From Chthoniobacterales bacterium (GTDB lineage Bacteria > Verrucomicrobiota > Verrucomicrobiia > Chthoniobacterales > UBA6821), in NCBI GenBank assembly GCA_026461395.1, contig JAPJNA010000046.1, positions 1-62,744 of the forward strand: 62,744 bases of DNA. The letters are read 5' to 3'. Each line of letters opens with the position of its first letter. Position 1 is the stretch's first letter. This document shows, piece after piece, positions 20,178 through 28,252 of this stretch. A program made the translations under genes and the position numbers. Under the pieces are notes generated by a model that searched no databases, was not told the origin of the DNA, and saw only the letters and a list, made by a program, of their open reading frames with translations.

Positions 20178-21251
20178 ATGAACCTGCTCATCATTGTCTC
20201 CATAACGGCAGCCATCCTCACACTGCTCAGCATCCTCCTGCTGACTTTCATTATTGGGATGAGAGTGTTCACCGATCGGAGCATTAATCATCAGGCTGAG
20301 TTTCGAAAGCGAGCTATCCCTCTGATCAATGCGTACCTTCGAGGAGAAGCTACCGTTGAGATCATCGCCCCGATCTTGCTAAAGGATCAGCACTTGGCAC
20401 TGCTGATCCTGATGGAGCAGGCGGATTCCCTTGATGAAAGAGAGCGAAAAAAACTCCATCCCCTCTTCGTTTCATTACCCAAGTTCAGGAATGAATCGCA
20501 TGCTCTGAAAAGCCGCCATTGGCAAACCCGACTCCATGGCGCGGAGCGTCTCGGTTACCTGGGCGACGACTCCTCACTCCCTGCGCTCATGACAGCCCTC
20601 CGCGATGATGTGGTAGGCGTCCGCTTCGCCGCGGCACGGTCACTGATCCATCTTGGCTGCGATGAAGCCGTCGAACCGATTCTCAGTTCCCTGGATATAC
20701 CGGGTGAGGTCTCCCAGCGGCGCGTTGCAGAGATCATCTCCTCACTCGGTTCACGTGCAATCGATCCCATCCTGAATGTGATGAATGGCCCCGGTTATGA
20801 CGATGCCTCACTCTCCATCGCCGCCCGTGTCGCGGGAATCCTCCGTTCGGAACGCGCCGTCTCCTCTCTCAGCCACCTTCTGAAGCATCAGGTGGCGAAT
20901 GTTCGGCTCAATGCCATCCGTTCCCTTGCCTCCATCGGCGATCATTCAGTGATCCAGGACATAGCCTCTCTCGGCGAAGATCCCTCCTGGGAGGTACGCA
21001 GCAGCGTGATGACCGCGCTGGGAAAGCTGCGCGCCTCAGAAAACATCCCGCTCCTGCTCGACGGACTATCCGATCAGGAGTGGTGGGTCAGGCACAATGC
21101 CGGGTACGCGCTCATGGCTATTGGTGATCAGGGAATCACTGCTCTCAGGAATGCCGCCGATCATCACACTGATGCCTTCGGACGCGACATGAGTCGCCAG
21201 ATTCTTCAGCAAAAAGGACTTCTCGAACCCAGCGCGGAGGTGCAGCCATGA
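20178..21251 (+). CDS. Membrane-anchored HEAT-repeat protein
   Basis: N-terminal TM; repeats VRFAAARSL, VRLNAIRSL, WEVRSSVMTAL, WWVRHNAGYAL. Confidence 0.9.
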   Translation: MNLLIIVSITAAILTLLSILLLTFIIGMRVFTDRSINHQAEFRKRAIPLINAYLRGEATVEIIAPILLKDQHLALLILMEQADSLDERERKKLHPLFVSLPKFRNESHALKSRHWQTRLHGAERLGYLGDDSSLPALMTALRDDVVGVRFAAARSLIHLGCDEAVEPILSSLDIPGEVSQRRVAEIISSLGSRAIDPILNVMNGPGYDDASLSIAARVAGILRSERAVSSLSHLLKHQVANVRLNAIRSLASIGDHSVIQDIASLGEDPSWEVRSSVMTALGKLRASENIPLLLDGLSDQEWWVRHNAGYALMAIGDQGITALRNAADHHTDAFGRDMSRQILQQKGLLEPSAEVQP

Positions 21252-22660
21252 TCACAATCCATATCCTCCTCTGGCTGATCCTTGCCTACTACATAACCCT
21301 CCAAGGCATCTACCTGATACTTGTACTCCTCGGAGCGACCCAGGCAAAAAGCTACCGTAGCGGGATCACCTTTGAGGAATTCCGGAGGATCGGGGAATCC
21401 CCGCTCAGCATGCCGGTCTCCCTGATCATTCCATGTTACAACGAGGAGGCGATCATCGTGGCAACAATCAGGAATGCTCTTCGCCTGAACTATCCCCAGT
21501 TTGAGGTGATCGTTGTCAGCGATGGATCAACTGATGGAAGCATCCAAGTTCTCAAAGAGAGCTTCCATCTCCGCAGGGTCGACCGATTTGGCAGGAGGCA
21601 CATCCTGTCCGAGGCTATCCTCGGTGTCTATGAATCCCAGGAACATCCGAGTCTCGTCGTGATCGAGAAAGTGAACGGACGCAGAGCAGATGCCATCAAC
21701 GCTGCGGTGACACTTTCGCGCTATCCTCTCCTCTGTATCATCGATGCCGATTGCGTGCTCGAAACCGATGCGCTACTCCACATGGCGCGACCATTTCTAC
21801 AAGACACCAGTGTCGCCGCCGTTGCTGGTATCGTCCGTCCTTCCAATGGCCTCAGCATCGTCGATGGGGAGATTCTTCACAACACTCTGCCCAAGACCCT
21901 GCTGGGAATGAATCAGGAGGTCGAGTACGCGCGGAGTTTCCAGTGGGCGAGAATTGGTCTCTGCAGGTTAAAAAGCATGCTCTGTATTTCCGGCGCCCTC
22001 CTTCTGATCAAAAAGAGCATCTTCGAGGAGGTCGGCGGCTCATGGCCCCAGGCTATCACTGATGACATCGAGTTCACCATGCGACTCAACCGTCACATCC
22101 ACGACAGGCGTAGGAAGGACCATGCACATCTCGTCTTTGTTCCCGACGCCGTCTGCTACACCGAAATTCCCGAGGAAATATGTCAGTATGCCTCCCAGAG
22201 GAATCGCTGGCAGCGCGGTACCATCCAGGCGCTCTTTCGCAATGCCGGCATGATCTTCAACCCCCGCTACGGCATGACCGGTCTCTTCGGCATGCCCTTC
22301 TTTCTCATCTTCGAAGCCCTCGCAGCCATCGTGGAAGTCTCTGCCTGGATCTTAATGGTAGTCTGTTTGGTGCTCGGGATCGCCAGCGGCTTTGAAATCA
22401 TCGCGATGATCTACCTAGCCTTCATCCTCGGAGTCTTCCTATCACTTACGGCAGTCCTGCTGACTGAATCAAGCCGCCTGCGTGCGGCAAATTGGCGGGA
22501 CTTCTGGCGCCTCATCCTTGCCATCCTTCTCGATAACCTGGGCTTCCATCAGTTCCACCTCATCATCCGCGTGATCGGAACCTTCCAGTACCTGATCGGC
22601 CGCAAGGATCTAGGGGCTGTCATGACTAGGAACGGAAACAATTCACCAATAACCAAGTAA
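21248..22660 (+). CDS. Processive GT2 glycosyltransferase (polysaccharide-synthase-like)
   Basis: PCYNEE, DGSTD, DAD, TDD and QRNRW motifs; N- and C-terminal TM helices. Confidence 0.92.
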   Translation: MITIHILLWLILAYYITLQGIYLILVLLGATQAKSYRSGITFEEFRRIGESPLSMPVSLIIPCYNEEAIIVATIRNALRLNYPQFEVIVVSDGSTDGSIQVLKESFHLRRVDRFGRRHILSEAILGVYESQEHPSLVVIEKVNGRRADAINAAVTLSRYPLLCIIDADCVLETDALLHMARPFLQDTSVAAVAGIVRPSNGLSIVDGEILHNTLPKTLLGMNQEVEYARSFQWARIGLCRLKSMLCISGALLLIKKSIFEEVGGSWPQAITDDIEFTMRLNRHIHDRRRKDHAHLVFVPDAVCYTEIPEEICQYASQRNRWQRGTIQALFRNAGMIFNPRYGMTGLFGMPFFLIFEALAAIVEVSAWILMVVCLVLGIASGFEIIAMIYLAFILGVFLSLTAVLLTESSRLRAANWRDFWRLILAILLDNLGFHQFHLIIRVIGTFQYLIGRKDLGAVMTRNGNNSPITK

Positions 22661-22665
22661 ACCCC

Positions 22666-23970
22666 ATGATCCCCAAACCCTCAGATTCCCTTTATGAGGT
22701 CGCAGTCGTTGGTCTCGGCTATGTCGGCATTCCACTTGCAATTGGCTTTGCCGAGGCCGGATGCCGCACATTGGGTTTCGATCTCAATCAGGAGCGTGTG
22801 CGTGAACTTCAGTCCGGACTCTCCCCATTGACTACGGTCCCGTCCGCGAGGATCAATGCAGTCACTGGAAAACAGCTCCTCACCTTCACAGGGAACAAGG
22901 AGGACCTTGCCCGCAGTGAGGCAATCATCATCTGCGTTCCCACTCCTCTTAGGGAACATCTCGATCCTGACATCACATTCATCCTCTCGGCTGGCGAAGA
23001 GATCGCTCCAATGCTGAGAAAAGGCATGCTGGTCTCTCTGGAATCCAGCACCTATCCCGGAACGACCCGCGAGGACCTTTGTAAAGTCCTTGAGAAGAAA
23101 TCAGGCCTCAAGGCCGGCGTTGACTTCGCACTCGCCTTCTCCCCCGAGCGTGAGGATCCGGGCAATGAGAAGAGTATTCTCAAGCAGATGCCCAAGGTTG
23201 TAGGGGGACTCACTCCCGATTGTCTCGAGCGAGCCGTAGAGCTCTACTCGCGTGCCGTCAGCAAAGTGGTCCCCGTCAGCAGTTGCGACACCGCGGAGGC
23301 AGTCAAACTCACGGAGAATATTTTCCGCTTCATCAACATCGCTCTGGTGAACGAGCTCAAGCGCATCTACACCCCCATGGGAATCGATATCTGGGAGGTC
23401 ATCGAAGCGGCGAAGACCAAGCCCTTTGGATTCATGCCATTCTATCCCGGTCCCGGAGTCGGAGGGCACTGCATCCCGCTTGATCCCTACTACCTGACCT
23501 GGAAGGCCCGTGAATTCAACCTCGATACGCGCTTTATCCAGATTGCTGGTCAGATTAACCGAGGAATGCCTTACTATGTTGTCAGTCACTTGACGGAGGG
23601 ACTCAATTCACTTTCCCTGCCAATTCAGGGGGTTCGCATCCTGATCCTTGGTCTCTCCTATAAAGCTAATATCCCTGATGACAGAGAGTCACCCTCTTAT
23701 GACATTATGAATATCCTCAAGGAGAAGGGAGCTGTGTTGGACTACTACGATCCTTTCATCCCAGTCATCGAAAAGCATGCCGGTCCTCGATGGGCAGGTC
23801 GTCACTCGATCACTTGGAATCCAGAAACGCTCGATAGCTACACCGCGGCCGTCGTCTGCACTCCTCACAAAGGAGTCGACTATGCACAACTCGCCGAGCA
23901 TGTCCCCCTCATCGTGGACGCATGTAATATCGTCCCCAAGAACAGCAAAGCCCGCGTCATCGCCGCCTAG
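22666..23970 (+). CDS. UDP-sugar (UDP-HexNAc/UDP-Glc) 6-dehydrogenase
   Basis: GLGYVG, ICVPTP, ESSTYPG, SPEREDPG, GGHCIPLDP. Confidence 0.93.
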   Translation: MIPKPSDSLYEVAVVGLGYVGIPLAIGFAEAGCRTLGFDLNQERVRELQSGLSPLTTVPSARINAVTGKQLLTFTGNKEDLARSEAIIICVPTPLREHLDPDITFILSAGEEIAPMLRKGMLVSLESSTYPGTTREDLCKVLEKKSGLKAGVDFALAFSPEREDPGNEKSILKQMPKVVGGLTPDCLERAVELYSRAVSKVVPVSSCDTAEAVKLTENIFRFINIALVNELKRIYTPMGIDIWEVIEAAKTKPFGFMPFYPGPGVGGHCIPLDPYYLTWKAREFNLDTRFIQIAGQINRGMPYYVVSHLTEGLNSLSLPIQGVRILILGLSYKANIPDDRESPSYDIMNILKEKGAVLDYYDPFIPVIEKHAGPRWAGRHSITWNPETLDSYTAAVVCTPHKGVDYAQLAEHVPLIVDACNIVPKNSKARVIAA

Positions 23971-23990
23971 CAGGGAAACGGGGAATCGAC

Positions 23991-24577
23991 TCCCGCGGAG
24001 GCGCAGAGGCGCGGAGAAGATACTATGAGCAAGGCTGATAATGGCGGGTATATTCCATTTAGAATCAATCTCCCCCTTCATTACCATGCATCCCTTCCCC
24101 CCCTCAGCGCCTCTGAGGGAAAATATCTTTTAACTCACCGGACAACTCAATGAACAATGAATGAAAATGAGATTGGCACACGGATTATTGAAGCAGCGAT
24201 CAGCGTGCATCGGGAACTTGGCCCAGGCCTCTTGGAGACTGTTTACGAAGTTGTCCTATCTCGGGAGTTAGCTAATCATGGATTGAAATCTGAGAGGCAA
24301 ATCCCCGTTCCGATCATCTACAAGGGAGTAACATTTGATGAGGGGTTCCGGGCCGACATCATCGTGGAGAAAAAAGTCCTGCTTGAGCTAAAATCTGTGG
24401 AGAGAATTATTCCAGCTCACAAGAAACAGGTTCAGACCTATTTGAAGCTGACAGGCTTGAAACTCGGATACCTACTGAATTTCGGGGAAGACGTTCTCAA
24501 GAGTGGAATCACCCGCTGCGTAAATGGACTGGAAGATTAGATTCTTCAACCCTCTGCGCCTCTGCGCCTCCGCGGGA
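23991..24577. mobile_element. Putative element: GxxExxY gene bracketed by 26-bp inverted repeats
   Basis: Left TCCCGCGGAGGCGCAGAGGCGCGGAG (23991-24016) and right CTCTGCGCCTCTGCGCCTCCGCGGGA (24552-24577) are 25/26 complementary; extra partial inverted arm at 24102-24120. Confidence 0.65.
24157..24540 (+). CDS. GxxExxY protein (PD-(D/E)XK-like nuclease fold)
   Basis: VHRELGPGLLETVY, RADIIVE...ELKS, QVQTYL, GYLLNFG. Confidence 0.93.
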   Translation: MNENEIGTRIIEAAISVHRELGPGLLETVYEVVLSRELANHGLKSERQIPVPIIYKGVTFDEGFRADIIVEKKVLLELKSVERIIPAHKKQVQTYLKLTGLKLGYLLNFGEDVLKSGITRCVNGLED

Positions 24578-25384
24578 AAACATTTATCCGGATTTCTCCT
24601 ATTTCTACTTATGGCTTTATCTTCACTCACGGCGGGGGAGTATTTCGAGGGGTTTGATAACCCGGGGAAGCCCCCTGAGCGTGATGGCATTCACTGGGGA
24701 TACACCGACGAACTGACTCCCGTGGCCGGTTGGAAATCCATCATCCCGGGCGACGGATTTGCCCACCTTTCCGTCACGAGTCATTCGCTCGGGAAGAAAT
24801 TCAAACACCTCCCCGACGGAAGTGACTTCCTTCCTTTCCAGACACTCTCGCTTGGCCCTATCGGGAGCAATCACCGTATCAGCATCCGCGCAAAGAACAT
24901 GGCCATCCCCGGTGTCGCCTGCGTCCTCTTCACCTATCGTGAAAAAACCAAAGTCGACGAGATCGACATCGAGGTCACTCCTGACGACACCCAGTCACCC
25001 GACACGGGACATAAGACCGGTACCAATGGCGGGTGGACCGATGTCCGCCTCAATACCTGGGCCAATGCCAGGGAAAGTAAGAATGGCGACGGTTCGCTTC
25101 TACCGATGCGGAGCATTCGTACTCCGATCATCGGCTCCAACGGGGGAAAGGTCTCCCACCGCGATGACAGGTTTCACATCTACACGATCGAGTGGCGCAG
25201 CGGGAGTGTCCTGTTCTTCATCGACGGGGTTGAGCAGGCCTGTATCGACGACGTGGTTCCCGACTACCCATCCATGATTATCTTCGGAATGCGTCGTATG
25301 CCCTGGTCGGGTAAGCCCGATTGGTCTGGTGAACAAACCCTGCTAGTCGATTGGATCGACATCGAATCACTAGAGAAGCATTGA
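24524..25384 (+). CDS. Glycoside hydrolase family 16-like protein (start uncertain)
   Basis: Catalytic DEIDIE motif, FHIYTIEW...FFIDG, LLVDWI; signal-peptide-like segment. Confidence 0.8.
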   Translation: MDWKIRFFNPLRLCASAGKHLSGFLLFLLMALSSLTAGEYFEGFDNPGKPPERDGIHWGYTDELTPVAGWKSIIPGDGFAHLSVTSHSLGKKFKHLPDGSDFLPFQTLSLGPIGSNHRISIRAKNMAIPGVACVLFTYREKTKVDEIDIEVTPDDTQSPDTGHKTGTNGGWTDVRLNTWANARESKNGDGSLLPMRSIRTPIIGSNGGKVSHRDDRFHIYTIEWRSGSVLFFIDGVEQACIDDVVPDYPSMIIFGMRRMPWSGKPDWSGEQTLLVDWIDIESLEKH

Positions 25385-25390
25385 TTCTCC

Positions 25391-25750
25391 TCTCCCGCAG
25401 GGGCGTGGAGAATAAAGACCGAGATCTCCCGCAGAGGCGCAGAGGCGCAGAGAGGGAAAGAGAAAAGGATTTAATATGGAACTCAGGAACTCAGGAAAAG
25501 CATGAGCCAACAATGTTGCATAAAGATCTTGAAGTAGGATCGAGCGAAATTCTCCTTACTTCCCAATAAGGGCACACGTCTTTATTTCTCTTTTTCATTT
25601 CTGAGTTCCTGAGTTCCATATTAATTCTCTGCCTCCTCTACATCTCAGAAATTGATATCCCGGCCATTGCCTCGCCTTAGCGCCTCTGCGGGAGAATCTC
25701 TGCGGGAGAATCTTTTCCCCCACCCCCTCTGCTTTTCTGCGTTGCGGGAA
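25391..25750. repeat. Nested inverted-repeat element (CGCAGAGG family outside, GGAACTCA family inside)
   Basis: Outer arms 25427-25452 and about 25676-25693; inner perfect 24-bp IR TTAATATGGAACTCAGGAACTCAG at 25471-25494 and 25601-25624. Confidence 0.8.
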
Positions 25751-25853
25751 AACATCTTCATTCCTCATTTTTCGCCCCCTCACCTACAAACATAAGCATT
25801 TCGCTTATCCCTATTCCTTCCACCTCTGATGATGCGAGAGGTAATGTTGAGTT

Positions 25854-28241
25854 ATGAACGAAATGGCACCGGCCAAACTCTCCGGATCAGTACCACCGCC
25901 GCCTCACCCACGCGAGGAGGAACGGATCGCCCGCCTACTTGGCTACGACGTTCTCGATACCGAACGCGATGAGCTTTTCGACCGTATCACCGCAATGGCT
26001 GCTGAGATCACGGGATCGCCGATCTCCCTTGTCTCCTTGGTCGACAGGAATCGGCAGTGGGTGAAGTCCAACTACGGAATCGATCTTAAGGAGAGTTCAC
26101 GCGACGACTCCTTCTGTGGTCATACGGTCATGGATGCGGATAATCTCATGATCATCCCGGATTCAATGAAGGATCCTCGCTTTGTTCATAATCCGTTTGT
26201 CGTCGGGGAACCCCACATCCGCTTCTACGCGGGTGTCCCTCTTCAGAATGGTGATGGCCTCGCAATTGGCAGTCTCTGTGTCATCGACCGGAAGCCGAGG
26301 GAATTAACACCAGATCAGATCGCCTCGTTGAAGAATCTCGCCAAGATTGCCATGGATTACCTCGATATCCATCGCTCCAATCGTGAACTCACACGTCTTC
26401 TTCTGAGGGAGAAGGAAATCTACAACCGACTTCTCAACATGTCCTCAGAGATGGCCTCCTCGTCAGTCACTCTGGAGCAGGCCCTCCAGAGTATCATGGA
26501 TCACCTTGATCCCACGATGGGATGGCTTTCATGCCGCATGACTAACTTCATGACCCATGGTTCCGATGGGATCCGAATGAATCCCCTCCTTCCCCAAGAT
26601 CCGGAAACCGCTCAGATCTGGAGGAAGATTGATTCTCAGGCCACAAAACCATCACACGATGGAGAGAACACAGCCTTCATCTCCACAGGCCTCGACGCAC
26701 CCAAGTATGCCTATCTCGTGGTGCCGATCAGGAACCGGGGTAAGCTGCAGGCCAAGATTGAAATGATCTACCCCGATCACCGCAAGATGGATCCCAGGAT
26801 CAAGGAGGTATTCGACATCATGGCGGCGAATCTCGCGATTGTGGCAGAGAGGGAGATCGCCAACATGGAGCTCCAGCACCGCGCCGTTCACGACGCGCTC
26901 ACCGGGGCTGTGAACCGGACGCTCTTCCTTGAGGAGCTTCAAAAAGCAATCTCTCAAACCGATTCGGGTAGCCCCGATTCCGCCCTCCTCTTTCTCGATC
27001 TCGATGGATTCAAGGATGTGAACGATAATTTCGGCCACCAGATTGGTGACCGCCTTCTCGTCGAGGTCACGGAACGACTTAGGCATCTCATCCGACAAGA
27101 AGACATTCTCGGACGTCTGAGTGGCGACGAGTTTGTCCTCCTGGTGAGCCATCTTGATATCCATCGGGATCTGGATGCATTGCTCAAACGGATTCAGAGA
27201 CGTATCTCCCAGCCCTACATGCTCGGTGATCTGGAGATCCGAATCACCAGCAGCATCGGTGCGGCGATTCTCGACCGGAACGACCTCACCACACCCGAGC
27301 TCCTTCGCCGTGCCGAGGAGTCCATGTACCTCGTCAAGCATGGGGAGCGGAATGGGTACTGCATCGCTACCGAGGACATCATCCGCGCATTCAAGAAGCG
27401 CCTCGATCTCGACCGCAATGTCCACGAAGCCGTCTATCAAAAACGGCTTCTGCTACATTTTCAGCCGATCGTGGAGATCGAAACCGGAAATATCTGCTCA
27501 GCGGAGGCGCTCCTCAGGGTGATGAACAAGGATGGGTCCATTCTCGCCGCTTTCGACATTATCCCCTCCATGGAGCGCATCCGCCTTATGTCTGAGGTTG
27601 ATGAATGGGTCTTCGCCGAGTCCGTCCGTATCCTCCAGCAACACAGGAAGACATGGGAGGCGATTCCTGGATTTCGCCTCTCTCTGAATGTGAGCCCTAG
27701 TATCCTCATGACCCATGGATTCGCCACCCTCTCCTTGAATCGCCTCCAGACAGCGAGTGTCTCCCCCACGATGATTCGTCTCGAGATCGTTGAGGACCAT
27801 CTGGATATGGGCAATGCCTCGCTGATGGAAAATATCACCCTCTTCCGCGATGCAGGGGTGAAGGTCGCAATCGATGACTTCGGGACAGGCTACAGCAACC
27901 TTCAGCACTTGATCTCCATCCCCTGCGACACGCTCAAGATCGACCGCTTGTTTATTCAGGGAATTCCCTCCGGAGACGAAAAGAAAATCCAACTCCTGAC
28001 CGCGATGCTTCAGTTGGGGAAAACCCTTGGCTACACTGTGATTGCCGAGGGGATCGAGCTTCAGGAACAGGCCGATCATCTCCTAGCGATCGGTTGCAAG
28101 TATGGGCAGGGATACCTCTACGGGAAGCCGATGACGATCGATCAGTTCCTCGAGCGCCTCATGGAGCAACCTCCGAACGAACTCGATCTCTTCTCCTCCT
28201 CACCAGAGCTCACACATACTCCGACGCTACGCCATCCCTAA
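25854..28241 (+). CDS. GAF-GGDEF-EAL protein
   Basis: GAF (IRFYAGVPL, GSLCVID), SGDEF, EALLR, DDFGTGYS, QGYLYGKP. Confidence 0.93.
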   Translation: MNEMAPAKLSGSVPPPPHPREEERIARLLGYDVLDTERDELFDRITAMAAEITGSPISLVSLVDRNRQWVKSNYGIDLKESSRDDSFCGHTVMDADNLMIIPDSMKDPRFVHNPFVVGEPHIRFYAGVPLQNGDGLAIGSLCVIDRKPRELTPDQIASLKNLAKIAMDYLDIHRSNRELTRLLLREKEIYNRLLNMSSEMASSSVTLEQALQSIMDHLDPTMGWLSCRMTNFMTHGSDGIRMNPLLPQDPETAQIWRKIDSQATKPSHDGENTAFISTGLDAPKYAYLVVPIRNRGKLQAKIEMIYPDHRKMDPRIKEVFDIMAANLAIVAEREIANMELQHRAVHDALTGAVNRTLFLEELQKAISQTDSGSPDSALLFLDLDGFKDVNDNFGHQIGDRLLVEVTERLRHLIRQEDILGRLSGDEFVLLVSHLDIHRDLDALLKRIQRRISQPYMLGDLEIRITSSIGAAILDRNDLTTPELLRRAEESMYLVKHGERNGYCIATEDIIRAFKKRLDLDRNVHEAVYQKRLLLHFQPIVEIETGNICSAEALLRVMNKDGSILAAFDIIPSMERIRLMSEVDEWVFAESVRILQQHRKTWEAIPGFRLSLNVSPSILMTHGFATLSLNRLQTASVSPTMIRLEIVEDHLDMGNASLMENITLFRDAGVKVAIDDFGTGYSNLQHLISIPCDTLKIDRLFIQGIPSGDEKKIQLLTAMLQLGKTLGYTVIAEGIELQEQADHLLAIGCKYGQGYLYGKPMTIDQFLERLMEQPPNELDLFSSSPELTHTPTLRHP

Positions 28242-28252
28242 GGAACTCATTC

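Noticed and set aside
25351-25783. Short ORFs containing PQRRRGAE and LIWNSGTQ
   Set aside because: These are translations of the repeat arms, not genes.
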